From Antedon mediterranea (taxonomy: Eukaryota > Animalia > Echinodermata): a stretch of 64,000 nucleotides of DNA. Position numbers and translations under genes: made by a program. A model generated the notes under the pieces. The model ran no database searches. It had not been told where the DNA came from and was given only the letters and a program-made list of their open reading frames with translations. Position 1 is the stretch's first letter, and every line of letters begins with the position of its first letter. Shown here one piece after another: positions 1 to 13,400 of this stretch. Location: contig NC_092673.1 in assembly GCF_964355755.1 (NCBI RefSeq), positions 36,081,648-36,145,647 of the forward strand, in the 5' to 3' direction.

Positions 1-349
1 TCGTCTATTTTGGAGCTAAACGTCTAATTCATGGTTTTATTTAGTGGACTTTAGTACTTATAATTCTACAGCGAAGAAGCCGCGATCAAAGTAAATTACT
101 TGCCGCTAAATGGCATCAGCGGTAACACCTTCTTTGAATAATCAAAGGATGTACTAAAAGTTAACGACACTCTTTTCATTTCAATTCGTACACCCTTTTA
201 GACCTCATGTTCAATATAAATGAACCGCTGAGTTAGGAGTATTTATCTTAAGCTTTAAATGACTACATCTTCTTAGCCACATCCACTAAATGTTGAATTA
301 CAAAGTTATAATTCATATAATAAAAATGAAATTGTTATTGCTATTTCAG

Positions 350-989
350 AAACTAGAATACAAGAACCAGACTGGATGAAATCAACAAGTGGGCAATTAA
401 AGTCAAAACGCATTCGTACAATATTCACTCAAAACCAGCTAGACAGTCTGGAACAAGAGTTTACCCGTCAACAATATATGGTTGGATCTGAAAGACTTTA
501 CTTGGCATCAACGTTAAATCTATCAGAATCTCAGGTGTGTAGATGATCTATTTTTAACCAATAAATCATATCACGTTCTTATTTTTTTGTTTCTGCAAAA
601 TGTCATAGTTTTAATTTTTTAAATCAAGTTTTAACAATTTTATTTTTAGCACACCTTTGATCTTTTTATCACTTAAATTCTTATTTAAAAAAAATGATAT
701 GTGTAAAATAATGTATTACCAAAGGAAACAGTAAAGACTCTTTCTAATATTAAGTACTTTATTTAGAAAGTTCTAAAACCATTGTAAACTTATCGAGATG
801 TGTTTTGTTTCTCAATAGGTGAAAGTATGGTTCCAAAACAGACGAATAAAGTGGAGAAAACAGAATTTTGAAAAACAACAAGCAAAACTAGCTAAGATCC
901 GGGCACTTCAAAATATGCGAGAAAGTGACGGAGAAACGTCAAATTGTTCAGAAACAGAAACAGACGACAGAGAATATCAGAATAACTAA
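350..989 (+). CDS. NOTO: Not/Noto-class homeobox transcription factor, last two coding exons (5' exon not identified, probably upstream of the window)
   Basis: Exons 350-534 (tttcag|...CAG|gtgtgt) and 819-989 (aatag|GTG...TAA) join to [56 protein letters not shown]|[26 protein letters not shown] and NRRIKWRKQ are typical of Not-family homeodomains. Intron at the common Q|VK position. Confidence 0.9.
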
Positions 990-3774
990 AAGTGCAACAT
1001 TTACACAGAACATTATTTAAATAAATTGTACAAAAACATAGACAATATTATATTGAAAAGATGGCCAACCGTCTGCATTATTTTGAGGGGAATATTTGTA
1101 AAAAAAAAAGTATTGTAGTTAATAATAATGTTGGTATTTATTATTAACAAAATATGTTGTAAATATATTATCGATGTGAACATCCAACCAAGAGTGGCTA
1201 CTTAAGTTTGTACTTAATTAGACCCATTTTGTGGTTACGGCACATGATTTTACAAAAATAAAATACGAACATAAATAATGACATTTGTAAACATTTTTGT
1301 ATCGATGCACTCTTGACGGACACACCCAAACGACACCAAACACAATATCACAGGTCTACTTGTTATTTATGAGTCAGTATATTTGTATGTTGGTAAATAT
1401 TATATTTTATTAGCACTACAAAAACAAATTGGTGATTATAATGATAATATAAAAACACATGTTGTAATACAGGTTAGATCATTATGGGAAAATACGTCAC
1501 ACATAAACTCACTATATTGACTGATTAAAAGCTGATCAAATACACATTAGAAATAATATTGATTTATTTATTACCGTCATTTATTTAAATCTCATAAAAC
1601 AAGAAAATCCATCCCATATTGCAATCCTGTTGCATCATATTCCGCAGCGGTTACACATAAATTATTACCAGAAACCTCATTTATATGCTTTCGGAAAAGT
1701 ATAAATAATAAATAATATAATAAAAATATTAATTATTACCAAGCCTTCGCGTGTTATATAATTTGTATAAGACGGAGGATTTGGATCAATGTCATATTTT
1801 GGGGGAATTTATTCATAAACGAACAAGAGTTGGATTGAAAAAAGTTAATATATGTTGAAATGGAGTTATTTAATTACCAATAATAGTTCGTACGGACGGC
1901 ACAATTTATTTCACTACGATCATGATGCGAAAGATAAATACATACAAATAAATGACAGTATTGATATAAGTTATGATCAGGAATGACAATAACATATCAG
2001 CATTCTGGTTGTCAATATTGACTGAAACAACAAGATCTTCTCAGATATTGACTTATTATATATAATTAATTAAAAAAAGGTGTCATTGTCTTGGTATTAG
2101 CAGCTACTAAAGCATGGTTAGTGTGAAAGGCCACGCTGTCGTCGTTGATGGTGATACTTTGTAAATATTGATGTTGAGACAGGCCTAGACTTAGGAGGAG
2201 GAGGAGGAGGAGGGCAATACCCTGAGTGCTACTCTTTAGTAATGGCAATGAGGAGGGCAATACCATGAGTGCTACTCTTTAGTAATGACAATTATTAATT
2301 AAATTTTTTATATATTCTGTATATTTTATATTCATTTTTAACTTGTATTAAGTTGTATGTTACAGGGATTGCGGACACAAATGTGTTATGGCGCTCTGTT
2401 GCTGTCGCAATCCCTGGACCGCTTGTTGTCGAATAAAGAAATGAAAAAATGAAATGAAATGAAACATTGGTTATAGGCCTACTTTTAAAAAGGACAACAA
2501 CGATTCTTCTTATGCCTATTTCTTCGTTAAAACACACATATAGCATTAAAAACCTACTCAAAAATATTTAAAAGCATGATTCAATTATTTAAAACCTGCA
2601 GTGGCCTTTATTCCTAGTTGAGTATTTGGATTAACCACGTTAGATTCATTAGTAGCTACTCATCTTTTACTCGATGCTAGGGACAACGCTTACGTCCTAT
2701 TCATGTTTTGTCTTTCTATGTATACAACAGTTAATAACACATTACAAAGACGAATGATTTCATAATGGGCAAAAGAGGGATTATGTAACAATATTGTCAT
2801 AAGTTGCATCATTAATTATTTTAGTCTGATTGAATCAAGATACAATAGTAAACCTAAAGAGAGTTTTTATGGAGTGCGTTAATTGCGTCATTAATAAATA
2901 TAATGTAACATAACATAGTATTAGCGTTCATAATCAGAGGCCTTGATATTGCCGCACATTGTTACGCCGTTCATAATCAGAGGAGGCCTTGATATTGCCG
3001 CACATTGTTACGCTGTTCCAACTAAGACAACTCAAATCAGGAACAAATCAATGGAATAATTCCTGCAACATATTTCACTTCAGCGCGCATGCGTCAAATG
3101 GTCAAAATATTACTATCCCGTCTAAAGTTTACGCCTGTGTTTTGTTTTGAGTTATAAAATGAAAAATATTAATGAATCATAATCATTGAACCAATTGTAT
3201 ATTATTTGTTTCGTTGGGATGTGGCATTATGTTTAGTTCTTGGGATTCGTAACTTTGTGTGGCAAATTCTACTATACTGTATAATATAAATGATTATTAA
3301 CATTATTAATGTTTAACTATTACTATATATTTTACGTAAAATGTAATGTATAGTCTAATATTTCTTTAGTGTTTGTAACTGGAAACAGTCTTATTCACAG
3401 TACTGCGAAGTTGGTAGACTACGACTCTTATTTGAAAGAGGGCGCTAAACAACATTTTAGAGTAGCAGCACTGTGCTTTCAGTTGGTAGTAAATAAAGAC
3501 GAGCGTGATGATTGTCTTGAACTTAAGTCTGTAGAAGAAGAAAAAGAAATGGTAAAGCGGCCATGTAAAAACGGAATAAATATCACGCTAAGGTACTAGA
3601 AGAAGTAGACACACATTTATACCAACAAAAACGAAAACAAACCGAATATTTATTCTGGTAATCCTTTAGGCCTGTCGTCGGTCAACATCCAGGTACCACA
3701 AATGATGACCACCACCACACACAGGATTACACACACAAGAAGGTGCTTATCTGCATGCTGTGAGTAACTCTTTA

Positions 3775-3811
3775 TTACTACTCTACTACTACTACTACTA
3801 CTACTACTACT
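3775..3811. repeat. (TAC)n microsatellite
   Basis: Run of tac triplets upstream of the KNDC1 start codon. Confidence 0.85.
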
Positions 3812-4409
3812 GCATGACGCTGAATGATGGTTTATGCTCAAGGCAAATGATTGAGTCCAGAGATTCAATTTCCAATACAAAACATTATAAAAAGGCCTAT
3901 ATAAATTTAACAATTTTGCCGTGTCCGTACGGTTTGCTTGGTCAGAATATGTAAAAGTAAAACTGAGTTGTCAATTTTAACAGAATTCAGAAATGTAAAT
4001 ACAGTAATCTACAGAACAAAGTGACATGAAAAAGTGTATTTTATAGATGATCAGGATTTTACATTTGTACCGTCAGAATAAGTACATTACAGTGCAAGAT
4101 TTGGTGCAAGTTCATAAACAGTTTATCCTTGTTTAAACATGATGCCTACACTAAGCGTAGATCACACTGTCAACAAACGTTTCAAGTGCATTGTATGATG
4201 CAATAAGTGTTTTACTGTACACACAAGGAATATCTCTTTCATCGTTAGTGTACGGCATTCAATGTTTTTCTTTGAGAATTGAAGAATATATGTTATAGAC
4301 ATTGCAAATTGAACTTCAACATTAATAGTCAAATAACAATGTTATGTTGCAGAATATAAAATCTGTGGAAAAATCATTAAAAAAAGTAAGAATGTTATAA
4401 AGTTGGTTT

Positions 4410-7400
4410 ATGATGAAATCATCCTGCATTCCAGGTTTTACACCTCAGCTTTCCCCTCTACAGGAGGAAGAAGAATTGAATGTTCTTTCAGATATTTTAT
4501 ATTCTCATGGTAGACGTCTTCTTGAAGATGAATTATGGGCAGTTTGTAAAGAGAGCGTTGTATCATTAAAATCAATTGAAGGTACAAAAGGAAGATTTAG
4601 AACAATATACCTGTGTCCAGAAACCATAGCTTTTAGCAAAGATGGAGCAATTACTTACAAACCAGCAAGTAAGTTTTAAATATCTTTAATTTATACATAA
4701 CAAAAATTATTATTTGAAAATAATGGCTTGCATAATAAAAGGAACCTTGGGACATGTTTATTTGCCACCAAAGATGTTGACTAAATACCAACACAATACG
4801 TTTAAAGTGAGACAAATTTTTTTCTGAAAGATGATACTTGATATACAAATAGAACAGCTTGAAACTTTTACCTTTTGTGAAGAACAGCTTGACAAAAAGG
4901 ATTTTTGTTACGCCGCTATAGATACATTGAAACTTATACATGGTTACCATAGCATTAAAGTCTTTGTTTTGATTGGCAAATAAAGTCTATTATTATTGCT
5001 TACTTATTTTTCTAGGTAGGTTTCAGTTGGTTTCTCGTTGTGTTGTTTCTCGTAAATTGGTTTTCTACAATAAATCATATTATTTTCAATTTATATTTTT
5101 TAGCAATTTATTCTTGTTGTTATGATACAGTTTTTTGCTTGATGTGTCATCTTTTCTTTTCAATTTTGTTATCATTTATTATTCATGAATTTGTCAGCTG
5201 ACGGTGGTAATAGAACAGTGAGCTTGTCTACTAAAAATGAAAGTTAGTAGCATAACATTTTGTGGAAGTTAGTAGCATAACATTTTGTGGAAGTTAGTAG
5301 CATAACATTTTGTGGAAGTTTAGATTTTAATTTAAACTATGGTTTTGATGATGCATTGTCTTTTTATGGTTCTATTAAGACCAACTCTAAGAAACCCACT
5401 CTAATACCAATCTTTTTACAACAGATTATATGGAGGTTTCGTTGATATGCTTGATTGGTTTCAGTTGAAGTCGGCAAAAAGTAGCTTTTTTAATCAATAT
5501 TTATTAGGAGTAATCTTTTATTAGTAAAGATTAGTTGTTATTTACCATGCATGGCAGCACATACTACCCATGCTATTCTTCTCTTATGAGTGGGTCCTAT
5601 TGATTACTTGGCTTCTTCTCTTATGATCAAAGTTCTTAATTGTTCAAAATAGTGTACTTAGCATTCTAAGAAAACAGCTAAGTATTGACAATCAATAGCA
5701 ACAAACAAACATGGGTTAAATGAACATGTACAACTTTTGTTTGCTTTTCTAAACATACTACCACCTTGGATAAGAGACATTATCAAGTATGCTAATCATG
5801 AATAGAGTGACAGTTATAACATGGCAGTCAGTAGTCATTAAAGGTAACAACAAGTAATAACTTATGAAATGTTTGCTCAGACTACTTTTTTGTCATCAGG
5901 AATTATCATTTTGAGAATTCTATGTGGATGTTTTAAGTGATTTAAATTGTAAGTATTCAATTTGTTAAAACTAAGAATTTGGATGGTAATTTCAAAGCAG
6001 TTTCTATACATAATCAGTTACTATAGCAAATTGTGGAGCACATTGTACCAAAAGATAAATTATTTTATGTCCTACATAAAGGGGTTTCTAATACAAAAAA
6101 TCCCAATTATTATCATATCAGTGTGTATCCAACAAGATGGTTGCCTTCAATAGGCAATATTAATGTCTTAGTTGATTATAAATATTTACATTTTTGTTAA
6201 ATTTATGAGAAAATATATTGAATGTTCTTGTTTTCAATTTGTTTTAATTTCATAAACTTTTGTCAAGATTGTGAAGATAGTGAATACCTGCCCCCAGAAT
6301 ATGAAATATGTGGTGCATCTTTTGAGGTAATTTTGTATTTTATATTATTATCCATGGGCAACAAACAAACAAAGTATAATATTCAATGTTGTTGTATACT
6401 TAAGATGTATTGTCCTCCAAAAACATAAAAAATGATGATTAATAAATCAGACTTTAAATAGGCCATTTTGCAGTTTTAATAATGTTATTCACTTCTGTAA
6501 AAAAAAATAGAAACAAATATTATTTCACTTGTAAAAAGACAAAATAAATGTTTAATTTTAACCAAAAACCATTTTCTGATGACAGTTAAATATTTTTTGC
6601 TTTAAATTGCATTTGTATCAGGTAAATAATTTTTGGTCAAAGTGAATAACTTTAACTAATAATAATATTATTATGTGACATTAAAATGGCATATTAAACA
6701 AAAAATCGAAAAAAAAATGTGTTAGGGGGACAATATATCTTTAATAAATGCAGCTATAGATTTCTAATGTTTGTACACTGGAGTCTAATTGTGTTTCAAT
6801 GAATACTAAACATCAATAACAATCTCAGCTTGGTAAAGTAGGTTTCCTGTTTTTTGACATCATTGATCATCACATAATCCTGTATCATCTGATTGCATTC
6901 ATGAGAAAGTGTTTCTTGTTGCGAGTAATAGTAACCTTGCATTTTATTATTGAATCTGCAAATAGAAACTGTCAAATGTGAGGGAAAGATTTTGACATAA
7001 ATATATATTGATCTGAGTGTACGAGAACTGTGAAGAATGCTGTGTGTAAACAACCATATCTATTAGAGAATATGTGCATTGTACGTAGAGTAATATACAA
7101 TCGTAGCAGCTTTACAATTTAGAATTGTGTGAACACAACTCTTTGGTACTGCAGGCATGTAGTTGAATTATGGAACACACTCTATTTGACTCAAGTATTT
7201 CACTTCCTTCTTGCTGTTTATTTATCTGAAAATCAACTTGTGAATCAATTTGCTGATTAATTGTTTCTGGATAAAAATAGAAAATCTACACCTGCTAATT
7301 GCTGATTGCTGTTATTTTTGGGACCTGAGTTAATTAGATTTTTATTCTAGATAGGACAGAAGAATGATTTTTTTAACAATTGATTTGAGAAATTACAGTG

Positions 7401-10400
7401 AACCATCAATGGCAATACAAAGTAATTGGAGCAAATACAGATAATTTTGAGAGACCGTACATACAAGTTTTTGATTTATGATTTATGTACCGATAATAAC
7501 TACAGCAAGATGTCAAAAGAAAATATTGTGGTGTGTTGAAATTTAATTTATGTACAGTACAGTACAGTATTTATTTATTTATTTATTTAAATATTTATTT
7601 TTTTTATTCATACTAATGTGTATTTAAAATTGTACTAATCCATATAAAACACATTCATTTCTTGGCTACTAAATAATTTAAGTTAAAACATAGCACCACA
7701 TTCTGTACGATTTATTAGACATAGACTAGAGTGGACTTCCTGTGTAAAACGAAGGCAGCTGAACATGCTGGTTGATTGATCACAAGTTCCATGGCAACAG
7801 AAAATATAACAAATTTAAATTTACACATTTTCTGCATTGTTGTTTACCGCTTTACGTGAGGACAATATTGCAATGTGGTTTATTTTGTTTACTATACAAA
7901 ATTATTTCATTTCACAATTTTAAGTGTTAGCATTTTATTATTTGTTCTCAAAATCCTGCTTCTAACCTATTTACGTACTACAGTTTGTTTAACAGAAGAA
8001 ACTTATCCTATTATTTTAGAGTGAGTGAGCACTTGTATCAGAGTTATTGTGATCATTATGGCTACCACCTGCAAATAATTAAATTTTGTTCTAATAGGGT
8101 CACCTGTACTCACTAGCTCTTTGCCTATTGGAAGCAGCCGAATTTAATTTACCAGCAGAACAACAAGTTGAGATAAGTAATGGACTTCTTGGGTTAGTAA
8201 CTCTAATGACCCTAGATGATCCTTCAAGAAGACCATGTTATGAGGAAATTATTACCACATGTGTAACTCATCTTGAAGACAAATCATCTCAGGAAATTTG
8301 TAGAAAACTATCTTCAATTGGAAAAAGTGTCAAATCACAAGAAATTAATTGTAAGTTACTTTATTGAATAGTTGTACACATGATGAAATGAAAAATGGGT
8401 TTATTTAATCCGCACATTAAATGTTTTAGATTAGGAATAAATTTGGCTTGTTTACCAGTAGCTATTTTCTTTAAATTTCAGCACAACATAGGAGAAGTAC
8501 CATTGGAGAAGATGGCAATGATCAAAGTGTTTCACAAGTAGAAAAGTATCTACACCAAATCAAACTGAATGAAAATTTAGGGGAACATTCAAAGAAAGTT
8601 GCAATACAAGATGATTTTGAAGAACTAATTGAGGACACCATGACCTCTAAGGAGGACGGAAAAAAATCTGGTGCATATGATACTCTTTCACAAAGGGCTC
8701 AGGAAATACTCAAGGAGATCTATTCAGGCACAGAAACTCCACAAGATTCTGTATCATGTTTAAAGTCTGAAGAAACTTCACCAATTGAAGGCCAAACTGC
8801 TACAAAAGAAACATTACCAAAGCAGGTCTTGTCTATTGCTAACATTTTACAAAATAGAGCATTATTAAGAGAATCAAACACGTTCAGAAAATATTCCAGC
8901 AGTAATGATATTTCTACACAATTTGTACATAATAGTGATAGAAAGAACATTGAATGTCTTGAAAAATCTTGGAATGAAAAAGATTATTTGGATTCACCTA
9001 CTAAAATCACTAAAACCAATGAACAGCTTTGTGAACAATCAGGAAGAAAGTTACAACCTTCAACAACTCAGCATAATTGGAAAAAAAGTTTACATTTACA
9101 CACAACTAGGAATGAAACTAATTTGTGTGATGGAGAGGAAAGTATTCCAGAAAATGAGGAAAAAGTTAAGCATTCAATCTGTTCAAAAGAACATGGTGAA
9201 GAATTTGTTGTGCATGACCCCAGTTCCTCATCTGATTTACCAAATCCAGTGTCATTTAAAAGAACCACATACTCACACAGTATGTTTCACAAACATTCTT
9301 CATTAAATAAAGAAAGGGATGCTTTTAATGCAGGTCCAAGAGTAAGTGGTAGATTAAAGACAAACAGCATACATTCTTCAATGATGTCGGAAGAATGTAT
9401 TGAAGATAAAGGAAGAGCTACACTTCCACAGGCCTACTCTTCTAAAGCCACACATTTTACTCCTATTGTGATCTCTTCAGATAAATCTAAGACTGAAGTA
9501 AAGCAGAACACGTCACCAGTTAGTGTTGTCAAGTTGAAGGCTAAAATTGCAATGGAGGCAATAAAGAAAGGTCCTCAAATTCCAAAGAAGGTTCCACCAC
9601 CTGCTACCATGCTTACTGATCTGGAAAATGATGCCGCAAATGAGGATAGTAATTTTTCAGAAAATATAAGTCACTCCAACCAGGATAAACCAATTATACC
9701 AACAAGTATTGATTCATTATTAATTGTTGAACATATGGAACAGTCTTTTGCTGGTACTCAAAGTAATGGAAATAAACAACATGAACAAGATTTACATTAT
9801 GAGTCTATTGTACCTTTAACATCAACCTCTTTTAAACCAGTCAACAAAATAGATACTGGTGATGCATTCAACAACTCAGAAACTTTAAAACATAACCACA
9901 TGCTATCTGATTCAACAACCATGGAAAATGAAACAAAATCACCCGGAGAAGAGGCAGCTTCTGTCTCAATGCATGGGTTTAGACAGAATACGGCTTCTAA
10001 CTTATTAAGGCCATCATTTGCTTCTTTGACGTTTCCAGTTGCCACTTCTGTGCAATCATTAATTCCTGCCATTCCTGTTTCAAATTTGGTCCATGCAGTT
10101 CCTTTCAATTTACCATCAACTCAAAGAATGGCATCAACAGTTCAAAAGACACCAGTCAATAATGTTTTGTTACGACCAACAGTTCCTTCTTTAGGTGGAT
10201 TATCTTCAAAAACACAACCTGCCAGTAAGGAAATAATTCACCAATTACCAAATATCTCTGGTCCTATGCAAATTTGTCAAGATCCACATACTGGATTCTT
10301 CCATATAATTCCAGTTGAAATTCCAGGAACTGGCACAGTACCTATATTACAGTCTTCCTTTGCACCAGATGTTGAAGCAGTTTCACCAAACACTTTGAAT

Positions 10401-13400
10401 TGCTCGTTATCACCAATTTCCACAAAAGAAATTCCGACTACATTCTCAGCTAAAACTGATCTTACAGGTTTACATAGTTCAGCATTTCGTCCAATTGAGC
10501 CACATTCAAATAAAACAAACACAATTGCCACTAACAGTTCATCTTTCATTGCACACAAATCTTCCAAACATGCCAAAGACTACTTGCAAACTGGTAAAAC
10601 AAAAAGTACTGGTACTAACAAAGATATAAGTAAAAAGGAGTATCGTAAAAAGTTGGACAAGAAGGTTTTAGTAGTTTCAAAGTTACCTTACAGAAAAGTC
10701 AATCATGAAACTGACTCTGAAAGTAGTGAATCCACATACCATGATCCAAATGTACGTATGCCAAGGTACATGAAAAGAACAGTTAAGTCAAATCATGGTT
10801 TTCAGGAATCTGAGAAATGTCGTAGTAAATCACAAGGTCGAACATTAAGAAAGGAACGAGAACGAAGTAAATCACGAGAGCGTGCAAAATCATTAGACAG
10901 AAAATCACATGAGAAACTTGTTGGACCTGAAACAAAAGTTGTAGTAAAACCTGTTCATAAACTTAGCCAAGATAAACTTGAGAAAAGGACAAAAATGGAA
11001 GATGTCGATGATACAAAGCCAATAGATGCTTCTAATTCACCAACATCTGTATCAATTGTATCACGTGATAGTGGAGTTCATATGAGATATAGCCATTCAA
11101 GTGGTGAAGATGCAACAGGACTTACGGTTTATAATCCTCTGAAAGATGCATTAGCTGGTAACAATATGTTAAGAAAAGTTGTAAAATTGGTCAGAGTTGC
11201 TTTTGCGTTTGATGGGTATTTAGAAAATGGTGTTGAAGACTTACAAATGGGTAAGTTTGTTTTAATTTTGTATCTTCTAATAATTAAATTGTTTACATTT
11301 TCTAATAACAGTCAAATTTAAATTTGTTGGTTTACTGTTCAGGCGAGTATATTGTATCCCTTGCACACTTGAGATGGATGACTTTTGTCAGTGCAATAAC
11401 AGAGAAGTTTTGTGACCTTTACTGGGAAGAGGATTTACTGGAAAGTCTTTATGAAGTGGTGAATGGCAGTTTGCCAAGAAAGTCACAGAAGTAAGTATTT
11501 TAACTGCTACTATGTTATAATAAATTTTAATGATTTTCTTATAAAAACTTAATGAATGTTATTATGATGTTTACTGGTAAAGTAGCAGACCAATGCAAAT
11601 GGTTGGCATATTCTGTATGAACCCTCTTCTGTAGATTTTTTAGTCAAACGTTGAATAGATAAAATTACATTTTTTTTTCAGACCTCTTGCTATGAGCCCA
11701 AGTAGACCAAGACGTAAAACAGAACCAATCATTTTATCACCTAGCAATACACCAGACAATCTTGACAGTGATGACAATGCTTCAATTATTGATGATCTTC
11801 TTCCGGCAGACAACACTTTCATCAAAAAAGGAACCAAGAATAGCAAAATACTAAGATCTAATGTTGTTGCTCATGCTGAATTGTTTAAAAGACAACAAAA
11901 ACCAAAGAGTAAAAAATCTAATGACAAGACAACCAAAGTAAAAGGAGTAGATCCTAAGGATTTAACAGACAAATTGAGTGAGCTTGAGAAAAACACGAAA
12001 GATAGATTAGATGATGCACCTGTAGTCACCTCACGACAGAAGAAAAGACATAAAAATCATAAGCACAATGATAAAAATGTACAAGAACCAATGGAACCCA
12101 TTCCAGAAAAAAGTAAAGAATCAACTACAGAAAGTAAGAGCTTAGATTTCAGGCAACATGACCTTAGCAAATCTATGAGTAGTATTGCAAGTGGTTCTTC
12201 TTTTGGGTCTTCATCAAAAAGTTTGCAGGATTCCAGAGATCGATCAAAATCTGGGAGTTATGTTGCAAGCGAAGGATCAGTAAAGTCAGCAAGTACAGAA
12301 AACTGTGGAAAAGAACACATTTTACAGACTCATAGAAAGCCAAAGATGTTGGCAACATCATTACCAAATCCAACAACTCTTGTACGGCACAGTTCAGAAT
12401 CCAGTTCCAGTTCTGGTACGGCAACCAAGTATAAACTAAAGTCCATCATGTTCAATCACAGACTTACAAAGGCTGATAGTTCTCTATCTCTGATTAGTGG
12501 AGCATCTTTAACAAATACTAAAGGTCTTGTTGATTCTAAAACAGACTCTATTTTATCATTGCCAAGCTCTGTGTCAACTGGGGATAATTCTCAACTTCTG
12601 TTGAATGCTGGTGTCATGTATGGTGATTTGGCTGTAGATCCAATTGTTGAGGATTACACAAACAAACTGGTTGTTAACTGTGAAACACAGCAAGGTATTG
12701 AAGTTAAAATAGGGGTAAGTTATTATTATTTATATTTTTCTAAACACCATAAATGTATGGTATCGTATCCGGATATTCACCCCCTGGACATTTACCTCCC
12801 GGAAAACTACTCCCCCCCCGGACAACAACCACCTGGACCACTACCCCCTTAGGACAACTACCCCTTTAGGACAGCTACCCCCCGGACAAATACCCCCTTA
12901 GGACAACTACCCTTTTAGGACAGCTACCCCCGGACAAATACCCCCCGGACAACTACCCCCTTAGGACAACTACCCCCTTAGGACAACTACCCCCTGGACA
13001 ACTACCCCCCGGACAATTACCCCCTAGGAACAATTACCCCCTAGGAACAATTATCCCCCGGACAATTACCTTCCCCCCCCCCCCCGGGTAATTACCCCGC
13101 GGACAACTACCTCTGACACAATACTCCCCGTAGGACAACTACTTCCTGGACAATACTCCGAGGGCAAATAATCTTTTAGGACAACTACCTCCGTAGGACA
13201 ACTAACCCCTGGACAACTACCCCCGGACAATTACCCCCTAGGAACAATTACCCCCTAGGAACAATTACCCCTTGACAATTACCCCCGGACAATTCCCCCC
13301 CCCCCCCCTCGGGTAATTACCCCGCGGACAACTGCCTCTGACACAATACTCCCCATAGGACAACTACCTCCTGGACCTGGACAATACTCCGAGGGCAAAT

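Noticed and set aside
110-157. ATG-initiated segment as Not exon 1
   Set aside because: Closes after 15 codons and I could not find a convincing phase-compatible donor; the true first exon is probably outside the window.
3369-3954. Short ORFs upstream of KNDC1
   Set aside because: No homology signal; partly driven by the (TAC)n microsatellite; probably 5' UTR or promoter sequence.
8720-10576. Several antisense and alternate-frame ORFs over the large KNDC1 exon
   Set aside because: Shadow ORFs of a long coding exon; no recognisable motifs.
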